Source: Podarcis pityusensis
Taxonomy: Eukaryota
DNA: 64,000 nt
NCBI GenBank assembly: GCA_964106645.2
Contig: OZ067048.1
Strand: one strand, 5' to 3'
The notes under the pieces were generated by a model. That model did no database searches, was not told where the DNA came from, and was given only the letters and a program-made list of their open reading frames with translations. A program made the position numbers and the translations under genes. Shown in pieces: positions 49,176-62,517 of this stretch (positions are counted from its first letter, which is position 1; the number at the start of each line of letters is the position of its first letter).

Positions 49176-52100
49176 TTAATGAAGCTAATGAAGCCCTGAG
49201 TTCAGTAAACCTGTATTGGTACAGTTTGATTTGTCAAGCTGCTTGCTTGGGGAGGAAAGTCTGTAAAAGTACTATTCTTGGGTGAGATAGAGTTCAAGTT
49301 TGAACTAGAACTTTGGGGGGTGGGAATCTAGTGCTATAAATTAGAACAAGAGCCCTTTCTACACCTATGGCTAAAAGTGTGAACAGAACTTAACAACTCT
49401 TTCAGAAATAAATATATTCCGGTGTGATTGACCATGAACCTTGGAAACTGACTTATGCCCAGGATACTTCTTAAGGAGCTTTTTCAAAGGTCCTGAGTGC
49501 TGGATAGCTCAGTTGGTGGATGAACTTATCTGCAGCTTTTTCTCTCACAGTACTATACTTAGCAGCCTTTTGTTCCTGGTGGCAGGAGATCCATCAGTAG
49601 ACTTGAATTTTCTGTCTGTTTTCCTGTATTGAATGGGGCTCTAACCATTGTGTGGCAGCAGAGAAGATTCCATTGTGGTGCTTGCTTGACTTTATATTAG
49701 AAATACTCGTGCATAGAAGAGCTGCATGTAGAGGAACAGAACTTGGATGTAACTACTCATCCTCTTATCTCTTTGCCTTAAATAATGAGCAGTCAAATAG
49801 CATTTTTATGTTCAATGCATGCATTCTTACAATACTCTAAAATAGTCAAAAATTATTACTATTATAGGACAGGTATGGAGGAGGCTAAGTGATAGGAACC
49901 TCTGCAACTTAACTCACTTAGCCACTATTTTGGGCCAACTCTTACACGTCACCAGCACAGCAATATGTTTTGATTCACTGCTTTAATATTATACATAAAT
50001 AGGACAGAAAAGTAAGTGGTTGTATTTAGTAATTTTAACACTTAAGGTTTTTTTATGTCACTTGATCTGTGGGAGGCAACTCTCCCCTTCATCTCTCCCC
50101 AAAAAGAGCACTCTGGCAGTAAATAACATGAAGAACCTGCTAAAAAAGTTCTGAACATATAATAACCAAGAAAAATATCCCATTTACAAGATAATAATGC
50201 AGAAACTAGGGGTGGTATTAAATTAAATTTTACTGAGAGTTGACCAATTAAAAATAATGGCTCTAACCTTAAGTAAAACATAGTTGAATGCCAACCACTG
50301 TCAGTAATACATCATACAAGGTAATGTATGTTGTGAAATCTTGACATTTGTCACACCGCCACATATGTGCATAATGCCTCAGTGTTTTCATTCTGAGTAC
50401 TGTCCTATTAAAAGGTATCTACTTACTTCAGTATTCTATGCATTTATATTTATATCGGTAACACATACATAATGCAGTGTTGTCTTTTATTCATGTAACA
50501 ATAATACTTTACTGATTCTATAGTTGATAATTCTTTCACTATGTCTACATAATTGTTCCATGAAAGTCTAATACTTGGGTCAGGGTACTGTGCATAATTG
50601 TACATCAGTTAAAATAAGGGGGGGGGGGAAATGTTAACATATCAACAGTTGACTAAATTACAGCACAATCCTATGCATAGCTAGTTTCACAAAATGGTAA
50701 TCCATGGGTTGTTGTTGTCAAACCATGAGTTAACCATGAGTTGCCCTGTAGATGATCAACAAACTGTGATTTGTTTTGTTTTCTAGTTGCTCTTGCACCA
50801 TGCCTTTGTAGTTTGGCAAGCATCTGTGGTGGAGGGGTAAAAAAAATCATGGTTAAGGAAAGATGCTGGATTAACAAAGAAGAGCAAGCCATGGGTGTTT
50901 TTCCTTTTTTTGAAACCCAAGCATTGTAAGCCAACAGCAAACAATGGTTAAGCTCCTGGTAGAGTTTACTTAGAGCACTAAGTCATGGTTTACTAAACAA
51001 TGGTTTACTGTTATGTGCTAACCAGGTCTGATACTAGAATGATCAGATCACATGTTGCCAAACATTAGCAGTTTTACTTTTTGGTTATTTTTTTTGCTAA
51101 AAGCCTGAATATTTTCTAGTTCTATAAAATTAAAATGTTCTGGCATTTTATTTTTGCATAGTTTGCATTTCACCAAGTAGTCCAAATTTTCCTATCGCTC
51201 CTAAATTTTAATTTGTTCTATCTAGATTCCATTTTGCTCTGTGAGAATCTAGTAAGTATTATATCATCTGTGCTGTGACACTAGTGAGTGACCTATGACA
51301 TCCTGATTCTGTGTATTGTCATAAATAGATCATTTTAAATGTTATGCTATCAATTTTAACCGAATGCACAACTAGTTACAATTTGGGGAGGAGGAATTTA
51401 CAGTCCCAGGCCAGTTCTTTCAAGATTTACAAAGATTTTTCCTGGACTTACAAATACGCATAGGAGGCATATTGTACTCTGACCTTGGAATCTAATGCAG
51501 ATAACTGTGTTTGCTAATTTTTCAGCCCTTGCAATGAGGGTATAAAGATCATTTTCTGCCTTTTTGAATGACAGCATCAATTAGATTTTTTTCTTTGATA
51601 TCTTGCTGAAGTATCTGAGTCCAGAACAGATGCCTTTTTCTACACTTATGGAACATAGCCTAATGAGGGGGAATTCAGCCATTTTAACATTATGGCATGC
51701 TGTTGTATTAATGCAGTAACTTTCCATACTGGATAGAAATTATGTTTGGCTGATCAGTTGCTTTCATTTTCCCCCCCATTAATACATATTAATTAGCTTT
51801 ATGCCATGTTTGGTATTACTTTTTGCTGGCCAAGCTTTAAATTTAACCTTGTGTGGAGGAAAATTACCCAGTATTCCCTGAGCAACTCTCCCGTGGGATC
51901 CAGTGATCCTCAAAAGCAGACATTGCTTCTGGTTCATTTCACTTTTACCCTCTTGTTGAAGTGTTATTCCTTCAAATCTAGAATCTGATACAGTTCACAA
52001 AATACACAAGCACAGCTAAGTTTTTATATGCCAGTGCTTTTGAAAAATGTGATAATATGAAGGCATCTAAATTCATCTTGTATGTGCTTCAAACCTTTAC

Positions 52101-52316
52101 GTTCAATTAACCAACTTGACAGTTACCAAGATTGTGGATGAAAATAGCCTTTTTCATTAACTTGTTCCTTCAGCTTGCATGCAAATGCAATTCTGAAACA
52201 TAGGTAATATTTAGATCAGTGGGATCTAAATGTACTTAGGATTGCAACTTTAAACAGAGGCTCAATAGGTTTCCGTTTCATCCAACCCACTCCTTCTGAT
52301 TGTTGCTTTACTACAG

Positions 52317-52436
52317 GAACCATTTGAGGATGGATATGCAAATGGAGAAGAAGGAACTCCTACGGGAGATGCCACTGCTACTTATACTGCTGAAAGTAAA
52401 GGGATTGTCAAGTTTGGTTGGATTAAAGGTGTATTG
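52317..52436 (+). CDS. SLC12A2: SLC12A2 exon 2 (120 nt)
   Basis: ctacag|GAA...TTG|gtaagt. Encodes [40 protein letters not shown]. Confidence 0.97.
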
Positions 52437-54619
52437 GTAAGTATAACTTTGGTAATGATAAACCCATCTGTGCTTATTTTCTTAGCAACAATTGAATATG
52501 TCTACTTGCACATATATTGCAGATTTTTTAAAAAAGAGCAAAACAATTGATTACCGTGTAGTAGATACAAAGTTTCTGTTTTCTGTATCTGCTACTCTCA
52601 TTGTTGTTTTTTTAAAAAGAAATATATATCCAGATACATTTGCCTTTGTCTCCCCCAGCTCTTTTTATTACTGTGCCCTAAAATGATTTAGGACATTCAT
52701 GAATGGCCAAACACTTTCTCTCTTCCTGTTGTTCCCTAACTCAAAGATAAACTCTGGTTCATCTTTGAGTGTATAGCAAATTAAATTTCATTCCTTCAGA
52801 CACTTTACTAAGAGGCAAATCCCATTTAACTTGGATCTTGCTTTTGAGAAAATCTTATTAGGCCTGGCTGTAAGGTGAAGAATAATGAAAAGGCATTCAT
52901 GTTACTTAAGGCAGCCTTGTATTGCATGCAGGTCCCACTTACCAAACACAATGCATTCCCAGGAAATTGTTTCTTAGGCGGGCGTTTGCATAAGGAACTG
53001 AAGATTTCTATTATTTCCTATGGGAACATTTCTAATCCGCGACTTGTCTTATCTCTCTCCTCTGCCCCCTCCATGGTTTCTGCCTGAAAATGGCTGGTGC
53101 TGTCCAGCAAACCACAAACAAGAAAGGAAGTGGGCAAACTCTGGTTTATCTGAATTAGCTGTGTGTGTAGTGAGGTTTGGGTTTGTTTCTTTATGTTTGG
53201 ATAAGTGAATTTTTGCATAATAAGTGGGCGGATAGCAGGACCTGCGTGTATACAGTTTGCCTGGTAACTTTATTGCAAATGGACTAGCGGGGGAAGGATG
53301 ACTCTCTTTCATCTGTAGCCAGCATGGAAATGCAGACACGAGTCACTTTGCACAGTTAACTCAGGAAACACAAGGGAGGGAACATGGTGGCTCAAATTTC
53401 ATCCTCCGTCCGATAGCTATTGGATCAGTGCCATGATGTCATAAGGATACAGTAACTTGCACAGCTTATAACATTAACTAGATTTTGTTTCTTCTGGTGG
53501 AGTGCCTGGGGAGAGCAGTCCTTTGGCCCAAATAAGGGTGAGGAAAGAGCAGTATCCTGGCTCAAATAAGTAAACAAAAGGATTTCATCTATAAATTGGC
53601 CTCCCTGCCGTGTTCACTTAATGGGACATTCATCTCAGCTAGTAATTTTTCTTTGACTTATTGGAAGTCTAGGAAGGAATTCAGTGTCATGCTAAGGTGA
53701 TTTGGGCAGGTTGAGCATTTTGGCTTGCCCGACAGAGGGATTCCTGTTCCTTCCTCCCCATGCTACTATGGTCTTCTTCCTGCACCCTGCTCCCCCAGCC
53801 TGTTGTTATTGTTATTATTGTTATTTATTAAATTTGTATACCACCCTATACCTGCAGGTGTATATTACAAGGTGTGCAAGCCCAATTTCCCATGAAAGCC
53901 GAAGCCCTTCTTTAGGACTTCCGCTGACAGGACTCATTAGTTGAAACCTGTCCCTAGAATTTTAATTATGTTTTTGTTTTTTGTAAGAAGTCAGTGAATT
54001 AACTGAACCCAACCTTTTCCAATTAAAAAAACATCTCGTTCACAGGTTTATCAGACTTTATAGTTGTTTGAAAATAACTCAATGGAGAAACAATAAGATT
54101 TGTAAGATCACGATCTCTGTTACTATGGTGGTTCAAGCAAATTGCAAATTTTAACTTTGATTTAGTTGTTTCAAAGTTGTGCTAGTCTGCTAAGGACACA
54201 GTGAATGCTAGAATAATTTCTATCCTTCTTAACTTAGTGTTATAAAACTGCAAATGACATGATTCCAGCTCTCATGTTATAACTGTGACAGGATGGTGGA
54301 AATTAACACAGTTCAGTTTGTACAAACAAAGCAACCTTACATGGACAAAATCCCCTGTCTTCTGGAGGAATCTTGGCATGTCTGTAGTATATTTTATCTT
54401 GACATGGCAAAAAAAAAGTATTTACTTTAAATAATTTGAGTTTTTGTATTGTTTTCCACTTTACGATTATACAGAGTATTAACTACCTATTTATTTATTA
54501 TTGTTGCTTATTATAATTGTTAGTCACTTTTCTCAGTAACCCCAAACCACTTACTTTAAAAACTTTTTTAAAACAACCAGGTAAAATCCCTAGAAACACA
54601 GCTATACAAGTAGAAGGCA

Positions 54620-54842
54620 TGACTACCTGATCCCACTCCACCAAAAGATGCCACAACACTGCCTTTCAAATTAAGGGCCAAGAGAGAAAAGTATTTGCCT
54701 GGTGCCTAAATATAGATAAAGATGGTACCAAGTGTGCCTTCCTGGGGAGAGGACTCCACAATCGCCATCGAAAAGTCCAATTCTTGTGTTTCCACCCTCC
54801 AAACCTCCTGTGGAAGGGAGCACTTGAAGAAGGGCCTCAGAT
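54620..54842 (-). mobile_element. Degraded L2-like fragment (intron 2)
   Basis: ggggagaggactccaca..gccatcgaaaag..agaagggcctc motif order resembles the L2 3' fragments elsewhere in the window. Confidence 0.4.
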
Positions 54843-55306
54843 TTAGCTGCTGCTGCTGCAGCGTTTGGGTCATAAACACTTCTGCTTAAACATTAATAAT
54901 ATTTGTTTTATGTTAAGGAGAAGTATAATTTTCATAATGTAGTGACTTCAGTCATTGCGCTTTTAAAAATGGTCTGTTAAAGCAGGCCTGCACAAATTGC
55001 AAGACATCAAGTCAAATGGGCCCACCATATGGTGGCCCAGAGAAGAGATAGATAAATCCCTACCACTGCTACTGATCCAGGACTGGAAGAATTGAAGATA
55101 ATAAATTGCCACAAAGCATGTCTGGTGTGCTGTTTGGCTTGAATCACAAGTCGAGGTGCTTGGTTGCCTGCATAACAGCAGACTTTTGAAGTTGACCCTG
55201 TGAACTCGATTCTTAAAACTCTGTTGTAGCTTATTCAAAATGATACCTCTATAATAAATATTGGGACAGCATAGCATGAAAATTCTTTGCTCTTACGGTG
55301 TTCTAG

Positions 55307-55423
<117 letters not shown>

Positions 55424-55970
55424 TAATCTTGATCAACTGTTAAAGATCGGTGACTTGTAACTTACAGCATTGGATGAGAATATGATTGATGGAATGCTGC
55501 TGATTACCATTGTGATATTCTTAACATGGAATATATGCTGCTTATCAGTATCACTAAGAGGCTCAGTGTGTCTCCAGAGCAATGTTCTTTTCTTTGTTAT
55601 TACAGTATGAGACACTGATTAGGAGGTAATACACATTTGAAGGATTAGTCCTGCTCAGAGCGTTACATAGGCAACAAGTAGTTTTTCATATTCCTTGTTA
55701 GTAGTTGCTAGCTTCTGTGGTGTCCTCAAAAGGTGAGGCATACTCTACCTGAAAAGGTACTCCTGAGGGCAGGAGAGGTGGTAGACATGCTTGTTCTTGA
55801 TGTGAACAGGTGATGTCTTGTATATTGTCGGCACATGTTAAAACAAGCTTGTTTAAAACCAGCTCGTGCATGCTTTAGGTTTAAGACATTTTTTGTTGTA
55901 TTGATTTATTGAAACCAACAGCCAGCGTTTGTTAAACAATATTGTACATTTGTTTTGGGGGAAATGATAA

Positions 55971-56132
<162 letters not shown>

Positions 56133-56445
56133 TAGTTTTCTTCAAAGGGAGCCAAATCATGTGATATTTACTTTGCATATATGCATCAAATATTTTATTT
56201 AATTGCAGAAGTACATCGTAAGTGGCAAGGTTTTCTTCAAAAAACAAAGTGATTGTGCTACTGTATTTTTAAACTGTCAGCTCGCAATAGTGAACTTTGA
56301 AAAAGTGACTTTGGGGGTCATGAAGGTGAGGAGAGGTAGGTAGGTCACAAGTAGGGTTGGCGAGTACAGCTGGTAAGACATAGATAAAAGAATTTGAAAT
56401 CAGACAAATGGTGAGTAATGCATTAGAAATGGAGAGTAAGTAGAT

Positions 56446-56562
56446 CAGTGATGTGGAACCTGTGGCCCTCCAAACATCGTTGTACTCCCATTGCCCCACC
56501 CAACATGGGGAGAATGACAATTGTAATCCAACATTTGGTGGACCACAGGTTCCTCTTCCCTG
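56446..56562. mobile_element. Short palindromic hAT-like MITE, degraded (intron 4)
   Basis: ggaacctgtggccctccaaa...tttggtggaccacaggttcc inverted arms. Confidence 0.6.
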
Positions 56563-57134
56563 ACCTAGAACCACCTACGCATTCACAAGTTGAGAGGCAA
56601 ACAATGCGATCCAAGCTTTGTTTTGAGAAAGAGGTACCATTTATTGTAGTGAGATTTACTTCCAGCTAATTACATTAAGGGTTGTAGTCCGAGTAATTAA
56701 AAGATGTTAAGAAAACTTAAACACTGAGCTTGCCTTTCTTAAGAGGCTAATTGCAGATTTGTATCTTGGAAATCAGCTTGGCCTTCTTCCCGGATGCTGA
56801 GCAATCTCAGTGATGCTATGGAAATGTGATTGTCTTAGGTACAGCAAGTCTGGTTTGTTACTATCTACAGTCGGATGCTCTGTTGATGCAACATGTTAAT
56901 CATGGCTTACACAATTGGACAATTTTCACTTGGGCGTACTTTTCCACACAATTGGGCATATGAACTGTGCAGTCTTAAGGCAGTAGTGAGCTTTCTGTAG
57001 ATATACTGAGGGACTTCTAATGGGGTTTGAGTGCTTTCCTGTCAGTGGGCATTTTTCCCTGGCAAAGTGGTGCTTTTAACAACTCCTTGGCTAGCCTTTG
57101 ACAGCTTTAGCGTTGCTCTTTATATCTCCTGTGA

Positions 57135-57277
57135 CAGGAGTAGTTAACCTGTGGCCCTCCAGATCTTGTTGGACTCTCAAGTGACTCCCATTAGTTGCAA
57201 CCAGCATGACCCAGTGGTAGGGACGATGGGAATTAGAGTCCCACCATATCTGGAGGGCCATAGGTTAACTACACCAG
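57135..57277. mobile_element. Short palindromic hAT-like MITE (intron 4)
   Basis: gtagttaacctgtggccctccagat...atctggagggccataggttaactac inverted arms. Confidence 0.72.
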
Positions 57278-57569
57278 TCGTATGAGAATAATTTATGCAG
57301 CATAAAGGTAGAAATATGATGGCTTTATTTGAGAAGCTTGCTTCTTGAATAGAGTGTCCATTGGAACAGAAAATACAATTCATGAATAATTCTGAAGTGA
57401 ATTTTCTTCACTGGTCTTATTTTTTTGGGGATTGCTATTTGTGTTTCCTCTCTTCCTTTTCTCTACTTCAAAGTGAATGTTAGTAATCTTCAGCTGTATA
57501 ATCTGATATTTTAAAAACAGGTTTTCTATCTTTTTAATGACTGCAAGAAATAAATAATAGACTTTGATA

Positions 57570-58523
57570 GAATTACAAGCTTGGTGGATAAGAGGAATGC
57601 TGTGGATGTAGTGTATCTTGATTTCAGTAATGTTTTTGATAATAACAAATAGTCTTACAGAGAAGCTGGTAAAATGTGGGCTGGACAAGGTAACTGTTAG
57701 GTGGTTTTGTAACTGATTGACCGACTAAACCCAAAGAGAACTCACTAATAGTTCCTCATCCTCTTGGAAAACAGTGACTAGTGGGGTGCCATGCTGCAGG
57801 GTTCTGTCCTGGGCCCATTGTTGCCCAACATCTTTATAATGACTTGGATGAAGGAATTGAGGGAATCCCCATCAAATTTTCAGATGACAGCAAACTGGAA
57901 GGGGTAGCTAATGCCGCAGAAGACAGAATCTGGATTCAAGATGATCTGAACATATTGAAGAACTGGGGCCAAAATTAACAAAATGAATTTCAATAGGGGC
58001 AAATGTACAGTTCTACACTTAGGCAGGAATGATAAGCTGCACAAATATAAGACGGGACACCTAGTTTGCCAGTAGTAAATGTGAAAAGAATTTAGGGGTC
58101 TTAGTTGACCACAAGCTTTACATGAGTCAACAATGCGATGCAGGAGCAAAACAAAGTAATAAACTAATGCTGTTCTAGGCTGCATCAACAGAAGTATAGT
58201 ATCTCAATCAAGTACCATTCTATTCTGACGTAGTCAGACGCCACCTGGAGTACTGGGTTCTGGGCAGCACAATATAAGAAGGATATTGACAAGCTAGAAC
58301 GTGTGCAGAGGAGGGTCTGGAAGCCAAGTCTTATGAGGAATGGTTGAGCGAAATGGGCATGTTAAGCCTGGTAAAGAGGAGACAGATACGATAGCCCTCT
58401 TCAAATATCTAAAGGGCTGTGTCATGGATGGAGCAATTTTCTGGAGTGTAGGACCCAAACCAATTGATTCAAATTACAAGAAAGGTGATTCTGACTAAAC
58501 ATCAGGAAGAATTTTCTGACAGT
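57570..58523 (+). mobile_element. CR1 LINE ORF2 (reverse transcriptase) fragment, frameshifted, in intron 4
   Basis: VDVVYLDFS..FD, GCHAAG/(GVPQGSVLGP-like), NDLDEGIEG..IKFSDDSKLEG and IQDDLN are decayed CR1 RT motifs. Confidence 0.88.
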
Positions 58524-58712
58524 TGGATAACTTTAATTCTGTTATCTTACTGAAGGCTGTTACACATGTAGCTGAGGGCAACCTGATTACCAGCTGAAGT
58601 AGCAGCGAGGGGCATATCTGCATTCTACAAACGTAGAGCTTTTAGCTTTGTGTGTATAAAAACATAGTACATACCAGAGCTTGGTTACACATAGCCTTGA
58701 ATCTTGCTCTAA

Positions 58713-58964
<252 letters not shown>

Positions 58965-59724
58965 TAATTGTTGTCAAATCCACTACTCATGTGACTTAAA
59001 ATCTATAATATTGAATGACTCATTTTTACACAGACATGTAAACAACCTTGGATTTGGTGCCCCCAGAGTTCTGGACGACAGGCAAAATACTTGTTGGGAT
59101 CAGCCTTAGACCAAATGATTGTGACTTAGTTGCAGTAAAAATATATGCAGGATCCAACACTTGAAAATACTTCTGTAAGCCTATGGAGGGTTTAGTCCTA
59201 TCGCTAAGCTTAATAGCGTTCTCCCCCCCCCCCCCCAATGCAGAGCAAAGTATAAAACTTAGAGGAAACATGCTCAGCTGTTTGAAAGGAATTGGAGTTT
59301 ATTGGGGGGGGGGGATCTAGTATGCCTGCAAGAGCCTATGAACATGTTTAGATCCTGGTCTGCACCTTCATCTAAGGTGTATGATTTTTAAAATAAATTG
59401 ACTTTACTAAGGTAAAACATAGGGCCATTAACAGAGTTGAACCATTAAAATGTGGTGTTTAGTTCTGGTTCATGTTTATTAGTATTTCTGTTTTAAAAAT
59501 CTGTAATTTTTTTGAAGTTGTGAATGTTTGACTCGATTTGTATGAAAAACGAACCCTACAAAAAGAATATAATAAATTCTTAAGAAAAACTGCTAGCACT
59601 TAATACCATATTTGCTAGGACTCAAAATCATATTTGATCACTGTTAGGGCAGAATTATTTCATAACAGGAAAGCGAACATATGGTGTCAACCTTGTCATA
59701 ATTGTCTCTCTTTTCTTTCTGTAG

Positions 59725-59835
59725 GAACATAATTTAATTATGTTGGATCAAATGAATGACATCAGAATAATAGGAGCCATCACAATTGTTATTTTATTGG
59801 GCATCTCTGTGGCAGGAATGGAGTGGGAAGCTAAA
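59725..59835 (+). CDS. SLC12A2: SLC12A2 exon 6 (111 nt, TM4)
   Basis: ctgtag|GAA...AAA|gtaagt. Encodes [37 protein letters not shown]. Confidence 0.97.
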
Positions 59836-59981
59836 GTAAGTAACAGTGATTTGAAACATCTACTGCCCTGAAAAGCAGAACACCTTTTGAAATCTGCAAA
59901 GCAAGTGAAGTAAACATTGACTTGAACTTACATTGGAATTAGAATTTGGAATCAGATTTCTGGCTGCAGGGAATGAACTTA

Positions 59982-60544
59982 CCGTATTTTTCGCCCTATA
60001 GGACGCACCGGCCCATAGGACGCACCTAGATTTTGGGGGGGAATAAAGGGGAAAAATTTTATCCCCCCCCCCCAGGCGCGGGGCTGGGGCGGGGGAAGCC
60101 CGAGCTTCCCCCGACCCCAGCTCCCAGAACAGGACCCAGAGCCATGGGTCTGTTTTAAAAATCTGTAATCTGTAATTAAAAATCGTGCAGCTTTGGCATC
60201 GCTCTGGGAGCTTGCGGGGCTGGGGGAGGGGGAAGCCCTCCACCAGCCTCCAAACCAGGTTGGGAGACAGCAGGATGGCGCGCTGCGCCTCTCCCGCTAT
60301 CCCCTGAGTTTGCGGGGCTGGCGACGGGCAGGAGCAGGCTTTTCCCCCCTGCCAGCCTTCTAACCAAGTCAGGGGACAGCGGGATGGCAGCGTTCCGCCT
60401 CCCCGCTGTCCCCCGAGCTTGTGGGGCTGGCGGTGGGGCTCTCCAGGCTTCAGCGAAAGCCTGCATTCTCCTCATAGGATGCACACACATTTCCCCTTCA
60501 TTTTTGGAGGGGAAAAAGTGCGTCCTATAGGGCGAAAAATGCGG
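59982..60544. mobile_element. Tc2-like MITE, second copy (reverse orientation, intron 6)
   Basis: TA|CCGTATTTTTCGCCCTATAGGACGCAC...GTGCGTCCTATAGGGCGAAAAATGCGG|TA. Ends are homologous to 2491-3177. Confidence 0.9.
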
Positions 60545-61509
60545 TACTTATGTTCATTATACTGTTGATTAACAAACCAGGAAAATAAACCAGTTCATAA
60601 ATTTTGCACTTGGGGAGGAATGAAGGCAGGTTGGTGCTGTTGAATACAGAGTTGAGCCAGTTGTGTGAGACTTTAGTGCTACATGCACAGTAACTATTTA
60701 GAAACTGAAACCTTATATTAGTAGAGTTTTGCATATTAAGTATGCTCTTCAAGGATTTGGACTTATCCTTGGTCAGTCTGGCTCATGATGTGCATTAGTC
60801 CCATTATATGGGTTTCCCTCATGCAGTCAAGTGTTCCCTTTGCGGCATCAAAAGGGGAAAGCAACAAGTATACTGCAAAATAAAGAGACCACCCAAAAGC
60901 TTAGTACGATACTGAAAGGTTACTCTTCTAGTATAGGTGATGCATTCAAACAGATCCAAGTACTCGTGCAGAGACCATTGTGGTGTCTGCATTGTTAAAA
61001 GCACCCCTAACCTGTGTTTCAAGACTTTAGATGATACGTAAATTGGGAATATGAAAAGCAAGCTTCAAGTGAAGCTTAATGAAACGTTTTAATGTATTAT
61101 CATTCTAGTTGCATAAGAAAAATATAATTGGGATTGTGAAGTGAGGGAGAGGTGTCTAAAAACAACAACAGAGGTCCTATATGCATACTCATGAACCTCA
61201 CTGAGCTGAAGAATCTTACAAGTAAATGAGTATTTCATTGTGGACTGAGGATTTGGTCAAATGACAAATAAAATATTGATCAAATAATGGCCATGTATTT
61301 TTAAAGCATTGACATGAAACAATCACCAGTTTGATATTTCAGCTAATTACAAAAACAAGTTAGATATCTTTACAACTGTTATCACATTTGCTTAAATAAA
61401 TTCATTACAATGTTAGAAAAAAATATTTAATACACATATTGAAACATAACATTTAATACTCAGACTCCACATAAAAGTCACATTTCGGTAAATACTTTAA
61501 TGGTTACAT

Positions 61510-61647
61510 CAGGCATAGACAAACTTGGCCCTCCATATCTTTTTTGAGACTACAATTCCCATCATCCCTGACCACTGGTCCTGTTAGGTAGGGATAATGG
61601 GAGTTGTAGTCCCAAAACATCTGGAGGGCCAAGTTTGCCTATGCCTG
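61510..61647. mobile_element. Short palindromic hAT MITE (138 bp), intron 6
   Basis: CAGGCATAG...CTATGCCTG long TIRs with perfect 8-bp TSD GGTTACAT. Confidence 0.9.
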
Positions 61648-62104
61648 GGTTACATGCTATAAAGAGGTAAGTATTACGTATGTTGTAGATGTACTGAAAG
61701 TTACATTTTGATTCTCTCCTTTCCCCAAAAAACCTGGGAAGGCATTCTCATTCTCTATTTTACTTTAACAACTCTGTGGGGTATGTTAGACGGAGTATGT
61801 ATGACTGGCTCAGCTTCATGGCTGGCTGAGGATTTGAATCAGAGCATTCCAGTCCTAACCTGAGAAGGTTTGCTGTGCTGCCCAGTCTGCGCCAGGCTAT
61901 ACACTACAGGGCTAGGAGGCAAGGTGATTTCACTGCTGTCCTTGCTTAACAAATGGAGCTGTAATGTAAGCTGCCATCTACTTGGAACATGTGATCTTAG
62001 TTGACCAGTTAATTGCCCAAGCCTACTGCTTACGTCCAGTTGCGCATGGATTTAGCTTGGATAAAAATGTATTTTAATTATGTTGATGACTTCTAAAATT
62101 ACAG

Positions 62105-62213
62105 GCACAAATTGTTCTGCTTGTGATCCTGCTAGTTGCTATTGTTGACTTCATCATAGGAACATTTATTCCATTTGAAAGCAAGAAGCCTAAAGGATTT
62201 TTTGGCTACCAAG
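62105..62213 (+). CDS. SLC12A2: SLC12A2 exon 7 (109 nt, TM5); gene continues past the window end
   Basis: ttacag|GCA...CAAG|gtaagg. Encodes [36 protein letters not shown]. Confidence 0.96.
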
Positions 62214-62381
62214 GTAAGGGAGAATGACCAAATATTAATTTGCTGGAAACGTAGCTGCAATGGATATCTGAAAGATGTTGATATTTCAATTATGTTTCTA
62301 GTGGAAATGTTTGCTTTAGCCAAAGCTATAAGACTGTACGATATATCTGAAGAATGAATGCCTTGGTTCGTACGTCTATTG

Positions 62382-62517
62382 CAGGCATAGGCATCCTCGG
62401 CCCTCCAGATGTTTTGGGACTACAACTCCCATGAGCCCTAGCTAACAGGACCAGTGGTCAGGGATGATGGGAATTGTAGTCCCAAAACATCTGGAGGGCT
62501 GAGGTTGCCTATGCCTG
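62382..62517. mobile_element. Short palindromic hAT MITE (136 bp), intron 7, opposite orientation to the 61510 copy
   Basis: CAGGCATAGGCA...TGCCTATGCCTG with TSD gtctattg/gtctgttg. The central spacer is the reverse complement of that in the 61510 copy. Confidence 0.9.
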
